From a virus, in IMG/VR virus record IMGVR_UViG_3300035698_022389, positions 32,001 to 96,000 of that record: a DNA stretch of 64,000 bases; one strand, written 5' to 3'. The notes below the pieces were generated by a model. It was given only the letters and a program-made list of their open reading frames with translations, had not been told where the DNA came from and made no database searches. Positions 7,793 through 16,351 of the stretch are shown here, piece after piece. Numbering within the stretch: the stretch's first letter is position 1; each line of letters starts with the position of its first letter. The translations under genes and the position numbers were made by a program.

Positions 7793-8581
7793 ATGAGTGA
7801 TACAAAATATTTACAGTTATTTCCAGTAATAGATAAAGCAGTAAAGAAATATTTATCTAAGTCCAAATATATAAAACGAATTAGGCTCAAAGGCAAAGAT
7901 AAACATTCTATTCTATATAGTGTGGATTGGGCATTTGAACCTCATAAAGATGCTCCAATCCCAGAATACTTTGCGGTAACTAGCACAGGGAGAACTCTTT
8001 ATTTGGAGTTGAGTGTCCCAGGGTTCTTTAGTTATTCATCACCAACTGAAATGTCTATGGATTTAGAGATTGCTCTTATCAACCCTGTTAAGGTTGAACA
8101 GAAGATTAAAGAGATTGCAAGAGCTATTGACCCTATAGCTTCCAAGGTGTTGACCGAAATAAAAAGAAAGCAAGGAGAAGTTAAAACGAGTAATTTACGT
8201 TCAAAGTTAGTGAAGTTATCCAATGAGAATCCTGATGGTATCAGGAAACATTTGGTTCCATTGCTGAAACAGGCTTTGGCTGGTCCAGATAAGAGTGGTC
8301 GGAATTGGAAAGAAATCAATGATTCCAAAGGTCATCGGTGGATGTGGTCTGGTAAACCTGGTCCTGTATTTGGGGTTTACGAATTTGAAGGCCCAGGAAT
8401 CCCTCTATACCGTCTTCAGACAATTTTAGACGATGGGGGTATGCTGAAATGGAAACGTCAGGTGAAAGACCCGAAAATGGCTTTTGCTCAAGCAGCCTCC
8501 GTTTGGAAAATGTTCCATGCTGATGGGACTATGGGCGGCAATCTTTTAATGGGTTGGAAAAGGATGGCTTCTAATAGATGA
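7793..8581 (+). CDS. RKHLVP-motif protein (internal motif between two domains)
   Basis: 262 aa; TSNLRSKLVKLSNENPDGIRKHLVPLLKQA at residues ~132-161. Confidence 0.7.
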   Translation: MSDTKYLQLFPVIDKAVKKYLSKSKYIKRIRLKGKDKHSILYSVDWAFEPHKDAPIPEYFAVTSTGRTLYLELSVPGFFSYSSPTEMSMDLEIALINPVKVEQKIKEIARAIDPIASKVLTEIKRKQGEVKTSNLRSKLVKLSNENPDGIRKHLVPLLKQALAGPDKSGRNWKEINDSKGHRWMWSGKPGPVFGVYEFEGPGIPLYRLQTILDDGGMLKWKRQVKDPKMAFAQAASVWKMFHADGTMGGNLLMGWKRMASNR

Positions 8582-8622
8582 ACGCTATTTAGAATTATTT
8601 CTAGTTATTTAAGGAAAATACA

Positions 8623-9519
8623 ATGAGTAATGGAATTAAAGACCTCAAAATATTGTTGGATATTAATGCTACATATCCTAAATTTGGTTCCCCTGAGTAT
8701 GAGCAGATGGTTACAAAGGCTGTTCTGCTCAAGAAGCCCTTGTTAGTAGCTTATACAAAGTTTGTTCAAAAAGAGGCATCTAAAGACAGGTCTGCCGATC
8801 CTGCAATGGTGTTCTTAGGTTCTATGGCTATGAATATTAATAGGGATTTTACAAAGCTGATTACCTCCACATCCAAGAACTATCCTGATTGGATATCTTT
8901 GTACAATGGTTTGGTTCCTAGAGGTAGAAAAATAGGTGGTAAAGCATATAAGTCAGCTTTTGCTAAAGGATTTGATGCAGCACATGGTCGAGGGACATTT
9001 GTTAGGGCTGAATTAAACAACAAGAAACAGAGGGCTTCTAGTAATTTACGTTCAAAATTAAGCCGTGATGAGAAAATACCAAGATATACAGAGTTATTAT
9101 CAGCCAGGATTTCCAAATTGGCTTCGGACTATCCTGAGTTACGAAAGCATTTGGTCCCTTTATTGAAACAGGGTTCCATTTTCAAATATGAGTCTTCTAC
9201 ACCTATAGACAAAAGGGTTCTGGTTAGAAACCTTAATAAAGTCCTTGGGAATGTTTCTAGAGGATTCTTCAATGATGAGCATTGGAGAGGGCCTAAGAGA
9301 GTATGGGATGCTTTGAATAAGATAGGTATAACTTGGGAGCAGACAAAGAACTTCTATGATGGGAAAATGCCCCCACAATCAAAGACTTGGAAGTTTGAAG
9401 TTGAGTTCACCTCTAAAAAAGGTAGGGCAGCTAAATTATATGGTCACATGGTAGCATCTGGTGCTGGTTCTGTAAATGACCCCTTGAGCCGTTATGATAT
9501 TGTCGTTTACGTAGGATAA
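8623..9519 (+). CDS. RKHLVP-motif protein (internal motif)
   Basis: 298 aa; SNLRSKL...ISKLASDYPELRKHLVPLLKQG, then a domain ending ASGAGSVNDPLSRYDIVVYVG. Confidence 0.7.
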   Translation: MSNGIKDLKILLDINATYPKFGSPEYEQMVTKAVLLKKPLLVAYTKFVQKEASKDRSADPAMVFLGSMAMNINRDFTKLITSTSKNYPDWISLYNGLVPRGRKIGGKAYKSAFAKGFDAAHGRGTFVRAELNNKKQRASSNLRSKLSRDEKIPRYTELLSARISKLASDYPELRKHLVPLLKQGSIFKYESSTPIDKRVLVRNLNKVLGNVSRGFFNDEHWRGPKRVWDALNKIGITWEQTKNFYDGKMPPQSKTWKFEVEFTSKKGRAAKLYGHMVASGAGSVNDPLSRYDIVVYVG

Positions 9520-9538
9520 AATTTAAGGATAAATTAAG

Positions 9539-9991
9539 ATGAGTACTTTACGAGATAAAGTAATAAAACTTGCCCACAAGAATCCTGAACTTAGGAAACA
9601 CCTGGTTCCGTTACTAAAGAGTGCTGGTGGTGGGATATATCAAATTTTCTTTAATATATTTAAGGAAGCCTTTAAAGAATCTTGTACTAAACTATACACT
9701 CAATTTTACCGTGATTATCGTTGGGAGGATATAGAAGGAGTGTCTTCAAGTATCCAACCAGGACTTTGGCAAGTTGTTTCTAAATATAGTCCTATGGTTG
9801 CAGTTTCTTATCATGTGACTGGTACGAAACTGACTATTACTTGTAGTCTTTTAAATCTTCATCATTCTCTATCTAAAATGGAAAAGGTTATTCCTTTGGG
9901 GGAATTTCTAGCCCGTGATATGACTGAAAAAGACATGCAAATCCTTATTATGAAATTCATTATTAGTTGTGCTAAGAGGGTTTGGAGATAA
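9539..9991 (+). CDS. RKHLVP-motif protein (N-terminal motif)
   Basis: MSTLRDKVIKLAHKNPELRKHLVPLLKSA at the N-terminus. Confidence 0.7.
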   Translation: MSTLRDKVIKLAHKNPELRKHLVPLLKSAGGGIYQIFFNIFKEAFKESCTKLYTQFYRDYRWEDIEGVSSSIQPGLWQVVSKYSPMVAVSYHVTGTKLTITCSLLNLHHSLSKMEKVIPLGEFLARDMTEKDMQILIMKFIISCAKRVWR

Positions 9992-10139
9992 GAATCCTAA
10001 ACTCCGACCTCATCTGGTTCCATTATTGAAAATAGCAGCTATTTTCAATAATGATTTCTCTGAGCTAATCGATAAAAGGATTCTGGTCAGGAAACTTAAT
10101 AAGGAGAATCTTATTATACAGGATGTAAGTTATAAATGA
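9969..10139 (+). pseudogene. Relic RKHLVP-motif fragment, paralogous to the C-terminal domain start of 8623-9519
   Basis: Not in the ORF track; the frame from 9990 reads KNPKLRPHLVPLLKIAAIFNNDFSELIDKRILVRKLNK...*, versus RKHLVPLLKQGSIFKYESSTPIDKRVLVRNLNK in 8623-9519. Confidence 0.65.
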
Positions 10140-10175
10140 CCACTAAAATGGGATTAACCTCAAGGAGAAATTACG

Positions 10176-10706
10176 ATGAGTGATTTACGTTTAAATTTAG
10201 TGAAGTTAGCCAATGATAACCCTGATGGTATCAGGAAGCATTTGGTTCCTCTATTAAAACAGGCTAAAACCTATGACTTTGAGGAAGGGGACCCCATAGG
10301 AACTAATGAGAAAATGTGGGCTGAATATAAACCTAGTCTTAAACTTCAAGTACAGAAGTTGGAGCAGCTCGGTCTGAGATACATTAAAGTGCAACGTCAT
10401 GGTATGTTGGCTTTGTCATTCAAATATAAGAAATGGACAATTGAGATATCAATCCTTCGGTTATTTGAGTTGAGAAACGTAAAAGGTCTGGGTGCTTTTG
10501 CCAGTCGTTTCGGTAAATTAGAACAGTTAATCGAAGACGAGATCCAAAATATCAAGCTGGCTGGTGGCCCACGTCAATATTCCCCGTTCTTCTCAACCTA
10601 TTATAGTAAGGTGAAAGCCATCATGGGAGGGGCAAAGACCAAAGGTTTGGCTATATCTTTTGTTACAGAAGTTATCAAAGAGATGGGTGTTCGGATTTGG
10701 ACATAA
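10176..10706 (+). CDS. RKHLVP-motif protein (N-terminal motif)
   Basis: SD AAGGAG; MSDLRLNLVKLANDNPDGIRKHLVPLLKQA. Confidence 0.7.
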   Translation: MSDLRLNLVKLANDNPDGIRKHLVPLLKQAKTYDFEEGDPIGTNEKMWAEYKPSLKLQVQKLEQLGLRYIKVQRHGMLALSFKYKKWTIEISILRLFELRNVKGLGAFASRFGKLEQLIEDEIQNIKLAGGPRQYSPFFSTYYSKVKAIMGGAKTKGLAISFVTEVIKEMGVRIWT

Positions 10707-10768
10707 TGAAATTTTAGGTTTTCAAAGTTAAAAAAAGTTTTGTAAGATATATAGCTTCTCGTAAAATG

Positions 10769-10810
10769 GCAAAACCCAGCAGGAATTAACCTGACGGGTT
10801 TTGTCGTTTG
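10769..10810 (+). terminator. Intrinsic terminator closing the accessory cluster
   Basis: caaaaccc/gggttttg and cagg/cctg stems followed by T-rich sequence. Confidence 0.65.
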
Positions 10811-10934
10811 TGGTTTTGGCTGTGGATTTTTCTATGGAGACCTTAATTGGGTGCTGCTGTCAGAGTCTGATGTTCTGAATAGGTTCCTTATAATCCATAG
10901 GTAATAGGGGCTGTTTCCAGTATTGGAGTTTAGC

Positions 10935-11195
10935 ATGGCTGATAAAAAAACAGCAGGAGTTGCAAGTCGTCGGGTATATTCATATGTGGCTGATGATGGA
11001 ACTGTCTTTTATTCGTTTACAAAGACGAGACAGACGGTTTCCACTGGCAAACGATTAGTATTGCAAAGTCGGAATGGAACCCCTCTGCTCCCGTTCATGG
11101 TTTTCATGAGAGGACAGGCAGATAAAGAAGCTTCCGTCGAGGATGATTCTCGGCTGGAAAAAACAGAACAAATGAAAGGACAAACAGATGATTGA
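10935..11195 (+). CDS. Hypothetical protein
   Basis: SD GGAG then ATG 10935 (track start TTG 10923); first gene of the neck/tail operon. Confidence 0.55.
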   Translation: MADKKTAGVASRRVYSYVADDGTVFYSFTKTRQTVSTGKRLVLQSRNGTPLLPFMVFMRGQADKEASVEDDSRLEKTEQMKGQTDD

Positions 11196-11643
11196 AGACA
11201 CTCAAGACATGGCCTCCGTAACCCAAGACTCCGAAATCAAAGAAGCACCTGCTTCAAGTCTTCCAACAGGGGAAGCTCTTGCTAACGATGACCCGCCCAC
11301 ATCAATTGGTGATGAACCCGAGGGTGGCAATTCTGACCCTTCATTCTTGGGCACTGTTGAGAAATCTGAACAAGACAGCATTATGGCTTTGCAGCAGAGT
11401 CATCAACAGCTTGTGTTTCAGCTGGGGAATACCGTTCTCCGTATATTTGAAACAGTGAATCGGGTTGGTGGCCTTGAAGATCAGATTCAGGGTGTTTACC
11501 AGGCCATCGGTAAGCGTTTGAATATCGGATCAAAAACTCGTTGGTCAGTGATGCAGGACGGATCAGTCCGAATCATCCCTGAGCAGCCCAGTGGTCCACA
11601 GGTCGTTCCTCCGCCGTCGGAGGGTGATAAATCGGAGGGCTAA
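11188..11643 (+). CDS. Hypothetical protein, acidic N-terminus with central coiled coil
   Basis: 151 aa, SD AAAGGA, overlaps the upstream gene. Confidence 0.6.
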   Translation: MIEDTQDMASVTQDSEIKEAPASSLPTGEALANDDPPTSIGDEPEGGNSDPSFLGTVEKSEQDSIMALQQSHQQLVFQLGNTVLRIFETVNRVGGLEDQIQGVYQAIGKRLNIGSKTRWSVMQDGSVRIIPEQPSGPQVVPPPSEGDKSEG

Positions 11644-13056
11644 ATGTGTGCAGCAGGATGGGGACCAGCCCCAGGTGATCAACCACTTCCACCTCAAAAT
11701 GGGTCCGTAATAAGCCCATACATTGCAGGAGTTCTTGACCTTAATTGGGATGACCCATCCCTGCTGGCTAAAAATGCTGCTTGGGTGGTAGTAGGGGTTA
11801 ATATCTATCGGAGTGATGTCTCTGATAGAGGCCCCTTCTACCGCATTAATGAATTCCCTGTCGGGGGGACTTTTTATCGAGATTGGACTCAGAATGTTCA
11901 AGTTACAGAAACTGTAGCTTGGGCAGCTTGGACATATAAGGGTACAGGCCCTAATACCCGACAGTATTCATTTTCTACCACACAACACCCAGTCGTCAAA
12001 CAAGTACCTGAGCCTCCCTACGATAGGCCAACTCCTGCAAACATGCCCTCAGATGTGACTATCGTCATTGATGGTGTAGAAGTCCCCGTTAATTCCGTAT
12101 TCGGCCCCACAGGGGAGATTGTCCTCATTAATCAAGGTGTTTTCAACGTGGCTACGGAGAAGATTGAACCTGCATTACTCCCAACGGAAGATGCTGTAGT
12201 GGAGATATCATATTGGGTGAGTAAGAACCATATCCGTTCCAGCCTTGATACCAGCTTGTTTTACCGTTTGACTACTGTAGTAATAGATACCAGTACTCCG
12301 AGCGGTTATAAAGAAACTGAATTAGAATGGTGTAAGCCTATTTTGACCGCCACGGTTGAGGATATGGATTACATTTGGAGAGAGGCTGTCCGACGAAATG
12401 CCTGGATTCTACAACAGGGTGGGGAACGGGTAAAAATCTTCATTCGACGAACAACTGGGGTTCCTTGTAGCTGTGGACTTGATCCGAAGACAAAAGAGTA
12501 TTTAGGGCAGCACTCACAAAGATGTGTTTCCTGCTATGGCACAGGTTTTATTGGTGGGTTTGAGGGTCCCTATGAGGCAATTATTGCTCCCGATGACTTT
12601 GAGCGTCGGATGAGTCAAGGTCCTACAGGTCGTCGTAAAGAGCATACTGGTGAAGTTTTCATGGGGCCAAGTCCCGTTGTAACCCAACGCGACCTTATCG
12701 TGAAACAGACCAATGAACGGTATTCGATTGCTCCTTCCAGACGGCCTACTAACCGTGGTAATATGCTTCAACAGCATTTTACCATTGGGTATTTGGATGA
12801 ACAGGACATCAGGTACAAAGTACCTATTGATGGTGTGGCTGATCTCGTCCGTCCTCAGACTCGATATGGTTTCCGACAATATCCTTCGATGCCAGTGGAC
12901 GGGGAACTTTCATTCCCAGAATCCACAGCTCCTGATCAGGCAGCCTATCCTGAAGGTCCTGACTCTCAAACCCCGATGCAGACAGATAAGCAACCATGGG
13001 CAGAAGGGACTCAACAGAGAGGGCGTTCGCCGGTTTGGGAAAACCAAAACGAATGA
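11644..13056 (+). CDS. Putative neck/head-closure protein with Zn-binding motif
   Basis: 470 aa; N-terminal FN3/beta-sandwich-like region; GVPCSC...RCVSCYGTGF motif as in neck proteins of large myoviruses; synteny. Confidence 0.55.
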   Translation: MCAAGWGPAPGDQPLPPQNGSVISPYIAGVLDLNWDDPSLLAKNAAWVVVGVNIYRSDVSDRGPFYRINEFPVGGTFYRDWTQNVQVTETVAWAAWTYKGTGPNTRQYSFSTTQHPVVKQVPEPPYDRPTPANMPSDVTIVIDGVEVPVNSVFGPTGEIVLINQGVFNVATEKIEPALLPTEDAVVEISYWVSKNHIRSSLDTSLFYRLTTVVIDTSTPSGYKETELEWCKPILTATVEDMDYIWREAVRRNAWILQQGGERVKIFIRRTTGVPCSCGLDPKTKEYLGQHSQRCVSCYGTGFIGGFEGPYEAIIAPDDFERRMSQGPTGRRKEHTGEVFMGPSPVVTQRDLIVKQTNERYSIAPSRRPTNRGNMLQQHFTIGYLDEQDIRYKVPIDGVADLVRPQTRYGFRQYPSMPVDGELSFPESTAPDQAAYPEGPDSQTPMQTDKQPWAEGTQQRGRSPVWENQNE

Positions 13057-13089
13057 TTTTCTTAGTAATATCAAGTACTTAGGTGGGTA

Positions 13090-13704
13090 ATGCCTCGTAT
13101 AAATTACAATCGAATCAGGGCTACCTATGGGAAAACATGGGCTAAGACAGGTGAGATTGAGATAGATGCCAGTATTCTTCAATTGATTGGGGAAACACTA
13201 GTGTCTGTGGTTAAAGTTGAGGCCAAGAATGATTTTGCAAAACGGGAGTGGTCACAGAATGACCCAATGGGAGGTCCTTCTATCGGTGATTCTTTCAAAT
13301 ATGAAATTTTAGGAGAGCGGACAGTCGTCCTCAAATCCAGTTTTTATGGGTTAGCTCAGTTGACTTCCAGGGAAGGAATTCCTGAACGAAAAATGACTTG
13401 GTTGACTCAGCAGGGTCAGATGAGGAATATTAAGAAACCTAAAGAGTTTGGTGAAGTCTCTAATGTTAAGTCTACATCTTCAAGCTCAAAACCCTTAGTA
13501 GTGCCTCTGACTACTAGCACAGGGGAGGTTATTTTCAGGATGGCACCGTTACGAACAGCAGATGCTTGGATTCATCCTGGTATTGCCAGATTTAATTTCA
13601 TGGAGAGGGCTGTTAGGAAAGCCAAGATTCAGGTAGATAAGATTATGACTGAATACTGTGGTAATGTCATAAGTGCAGGGATCGCCGAGGTTTTTAATGA
13701 TTGA
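13090..13704 (+). CDS. Putative neck/tail-completion protein (HK97 gp10/Ne1-like)
   Basis: WIHPGIARFNFMERAVRKAK resembles the HPG...F...A C-terminal motif of gp10-like proteins; synteny. Confidence 0.5.
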   Translation: MPRINYNRIRATYGKTWAKTGEIEIDASILQLIGETLVSVVKVEAKNDFAKREWSQNDPMGGPSIGDSFKYEILGERTVVLKSSFYGLAQLTSREGIPERKMTWLTQQGQMRNIKKPKEFGEVSNVKSTSSSSKPLVVPLTTSTGEVIFRMAPLRTADAWIHPGIARFNFMERAVRKAKIQVDKIMTEYCGNVISAGIAEVFND

Positions 13705-14332
13705 AGCTCAGATTATTTGCACTTGCCCATCCATATGGATACAAGATTTGAACTTAAATATGAAACGTGGCCAGTCGGCAATGGTTTCAGAATCTAAAGC
13801 TAAGGCTTCAACGGATTTGGGTTTAGCACGTAGGAATGGTGGCGTTAGTATTACGTATGTACAACGATTTCAGGAACTTAAACCCCCTCAAGTAGAACCT
13901 GTGGTTCAGGTATCGAAGAAAGTACCCTTACCAACTCCTTTGCATCAACCTGAGTCTCCTGTCCTTCCTGCTGAAAGAGTCAGGGTGGAGAGAATGACCT
14001 TGGACGAGGATGCTTTGGTGGATAAACTGGCAGCCAAAATGAATTCATTACGAAGCAGTAACACCAATTCTTTAATAGATTCTTTGATAGGTGAAGTTCA
14101 GGCCATGAGGAAAGAGTTCTCAGAGGGTCAAAAGAACCATGGTCAGATTGTGAAAGAGGTTGTTCATTCTGAGGGTAGGGTAAAAGAAGATGTCCCTATG
14201 TTTATCCCTAAGACTATTATGGGGAAAAAAGCAGGGGATGTTAAGATAGAGATTGAAGAAACTACTTCAGAAAGCACTGTGGATGAGGCTTCGGAAGCTT
14301 TACGTGCTTTACGGAAAAAGGAGAAATCATGA
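13697..14332 (+). CDS. Hypothetical protein coupled to the actin-like ATPase
   Basis: Likely ATG 13697 (track start 13673); Pro-rich linker, coiled coil, C-terminal ASEALRALRKK helix; ATGA overlap with the next gene. Confidence 0.6.
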   Translation: MIEAQIICTCPSIWIQDLNLNMKRGQSAMVSESKAKASTDLGLARRNGGVSITYVQRFQELKPPQVEPVVQVSKKVPLPTPLHQPESPVLPAERVRVERMTLDEDALVDKLAAKMNSLRSSNTNSLIDSLIGEVQAMRKEFSEGQKNHGQIVKEVVHSEGRVKEDVPMFIPKTIMGKKAGDVKIEIEETTSESTVDEASEALRALRKKEKS

Positions 14333-15348
14333 CAGATGAAAAAACACCTGTGATTCCAGTACCTTTTGGCGTGGGGTGTGATATTGGGACTATGAATATT
14401 GTGTCTGCCCGTCGTGGAAAAGAAGGGATTACGACCAAACGTATGCGTGATGTCTTCATCGATTTGCCTATAACTGCCAAGAAGATGTTGAAATTGTCTT
14501 CTACCAGCTTTGTTGAACGAGAAGACGATGTTTTGATTCTTGGGGATGCTGCTTTGGAGACGGCTAATGTTTTTGGAACCCCTCCTCGACGCCCACTTTC
14601 GGATGGAATAATCTCGGCTAGTGAAATAGACAGCTTGGAAGTCCTTGGTATGCTTATCAAGAATGTGCTGGGTAAACCCAGGACTCCGAACGAGGCTTGT
14701 TATTTCTCTGTACCAGCAGAACCGATAGATAGGCCTGACAAGGACATAATTTACCATCGTGGAGTATTTGAACGAATTGTTGCTGAGTGTGGATATACTC
14801 CATATGCAGCCAATGAAGCTATGGGTATTGTGTATTCTGAAACAGCTAATGAAGGATTTTCTGGTGTAGGAATCTCTTTTGGTAGCGGCATGACGAACGT
14901 TGCCCTATCCATCAACACCATTGAAGGTCTGACGTTTTCCATTGCCCGTGGCGGCGACTGGATTGATGCAGGTGCTGCTAGTTCTGTCGGCCAGACTCAG
15001 GCACGTATATGTGCATTGAAAGAGAAGGGTTTTGATTTGATGAAGCCTGAAGGTCGGGAACAAGAAGCTCTGGCCTTCTATTATAAGTCGGCCATTGACT
15101 ATGCTCTGGATAACATTGAAGAACGTTTCAAGGCCATTCAAAATCAATTTGTTTTGGCTAATCCTGTCCCCCTCGTAGTGTCAGGTGGTACGAGTTTAGC
15201 AGGTGGGTTCATGGAGTTTTTCAAGTCTGTCTTTGAGAAACGGAAGAAGTTCCCTATCGAGATTTCCGAGATTCGACATGCTCAGGAACCCCTGAATGCC
15301 GTTGCTTACGGTTTGTTGATTCAAGCTATCCAAGAACACGAGGATTAG
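14329..15348 (+). CDS. Actin-like ATPase (MreB/ParM/FtsA superfamily)
   Basis: Phosphate-1 VGCDIGTMNIV, phosphate-2 GISFGSGMTNV, adenosine VVSGGTSLAGG, connect-2 EPLNAVAYGL. Confidence 0.85.
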   Translation: MTDEKTPVIPVPFGVGCDIGTMNIVSARRGKEGITTKRMRDVFIDLPITAKKMLKLSSTSFVEREDDVLILGDAALETANVFGTPPRRPLSDGIISASEIDSLEVLGMLIKNVLGKPRTPNEACYFSVPAEPIDRPDKDIIYHRGVFERIVAECGYTPYAANEAMGIVYSETANEGFSGVGISFGSGMTNVALSINTIEGLTFSIARGGDWIDAGAASSVGQTQARICALKEKGFDLMKPEGREQEALAFYYKSAIDYALDNIEERFKAIQNQFVLANPVPLVVSGGTSLAGGFMEFFKSVFEKRKKFPIEISEIRHAQEPLNAVAYGLLIQAIQEHED

Positions 15349-15365
15349 AAAGGAGTTTATTATGA

Positions 15366-15842
15366 TAGGCAAAAGGGACTTGAATAAACATTAAATAATT
15401 TAACATAGTTATGAAAATAAACAAAGCACATAAAATTAGACTTTATCCAAATAACAAACAGGAAACTTATTTCAAAAAAACTTCTGGAATCTCAAGATTC
15501 GTTTATAATTGGGGACTCTCTGAATGGAAATCCCAATATGAATCAGGTTTAAAACCCTCCTCCTATAAATTAGTTAAACAATTTAACTCCATAAAACATC
15601 AACAATTTCCTTGGGTTTATGAATGTTCGGAGTGTGGGTTAAAGATGGATTGTGATTTAAATGCATCAATTAATTTAAAACAACTCGCTGAAAGTCATTC
15701 AGAGAGGATAAATGCTTGTGGAGATGAAAGCTCTGGTCACTGCGTTGCCCCAAGGGCAAGCAAGGACGAAACTATTATCTATGAAGCAAGAAAAGGGCAG
15801 TTGTTAACCCGTTTGGTTAACAGTTCAAGTCCCTTTTGACTA
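15366..15842 (+). mobile_element. Internally deleted tnpB (IS200/IS605-type) element, copy A, with palindromic flanks
   Basis: Left flank ends in TTGAA (15380-15384); right end TTCAA (15824-15828) is preceded by hairpin gttaacc-cgttt-ggttaac; the 19-bp ends are 18/19 inverted repeats. Confidence 0.8.
15411..15839 (+). pseudogene. tnpB: TnpB remnant: N-terminal HTH fused in frame to the C-terminal Zn-finger/RuvC-III end
   Basis: KIRLYPNNKQ...SRFVYNWGL (OrfB_IS605 HTH) joined directly to YECSECGLKMDCDLNASINL; central RuvC region missing. Confidence 0.85.
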
Positions 15843-15961
15843 GATATAAATATTTATAAAAGTCGTGTACTGAGTTTACTTTTATTGTAATTGCCCTTGT
15901 TGGTGATACTCAACATGCTGCTTTACTAGTAACTATTCGAAAACTTCTTTATCTAGGACTG

Positions 15962-16351
15962 TTGTCAGGTTATATCCTTTTAACCGGTTTTATTTTGACT
16001 GCATATTCAGTTATTTCAGGGCTTTCATCTACAGGAAAATTTAAGCTGATTGCTTCACGCCCCAAATTATTTAATCAAATCACAGATGTTTTTAATTCAG
16101 GGTTTATCTATTTAATGATTGCAATCGTAGTTGTTGTTTTTTCACTTGTTTTTGATACAGGTGAATTTGATAGTCTGCCCCCCATAATTAATGTTTGCAT
16201 TTTTATCTTTGTTCTCATGAAATTGATAGGGTGTTTTAAAATGCTGGATAAAATTACTTCTCTAGCATCCCAACCTTCTACAGACCGTATTGGTCCAGAT
16301 AAAAGATATAAAACGCTTGATCAGGCTCAGATTGAAGATGATGATATATAA
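15962..16351 (+). CDS. Membrane protein, possibly 5'-truncated by element copy A
   Basis: Three hydrophobic segments; the frame stays open back to 15860 with no ATG, GTG or TTG upstream of 15962. Confidence 0.5.
   Translation: MSGYILLTGFILTAYSVISGLSSTGKFKLIASRPKLFNQITDVFNSGFIYLMIAIVVVVFSLVFDTGEFDSLPPIINVCIFIFVLMKLIGCFKMLDKITSLASQPSTDRIGPDKRYKTLDQAQIEDDDI

Noticed and set aside
15411-15839. Active TnpB nuclease
   Set aside because: Only 142 aa; the central RuvC motifs are deleted and the conserved DRD reads DCD.
15366-15842. Plain IS630/Tc1-mariner or Fanzor element, based on the TA-bounded inverted ends
   Set aside because: No DDE transposase is present, and the TTGAA/TTCAA pentamers, subterminal hairpin and frame restoration fit IS200/IS605 boundaries better. 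Kept only as an alternative in the finding.
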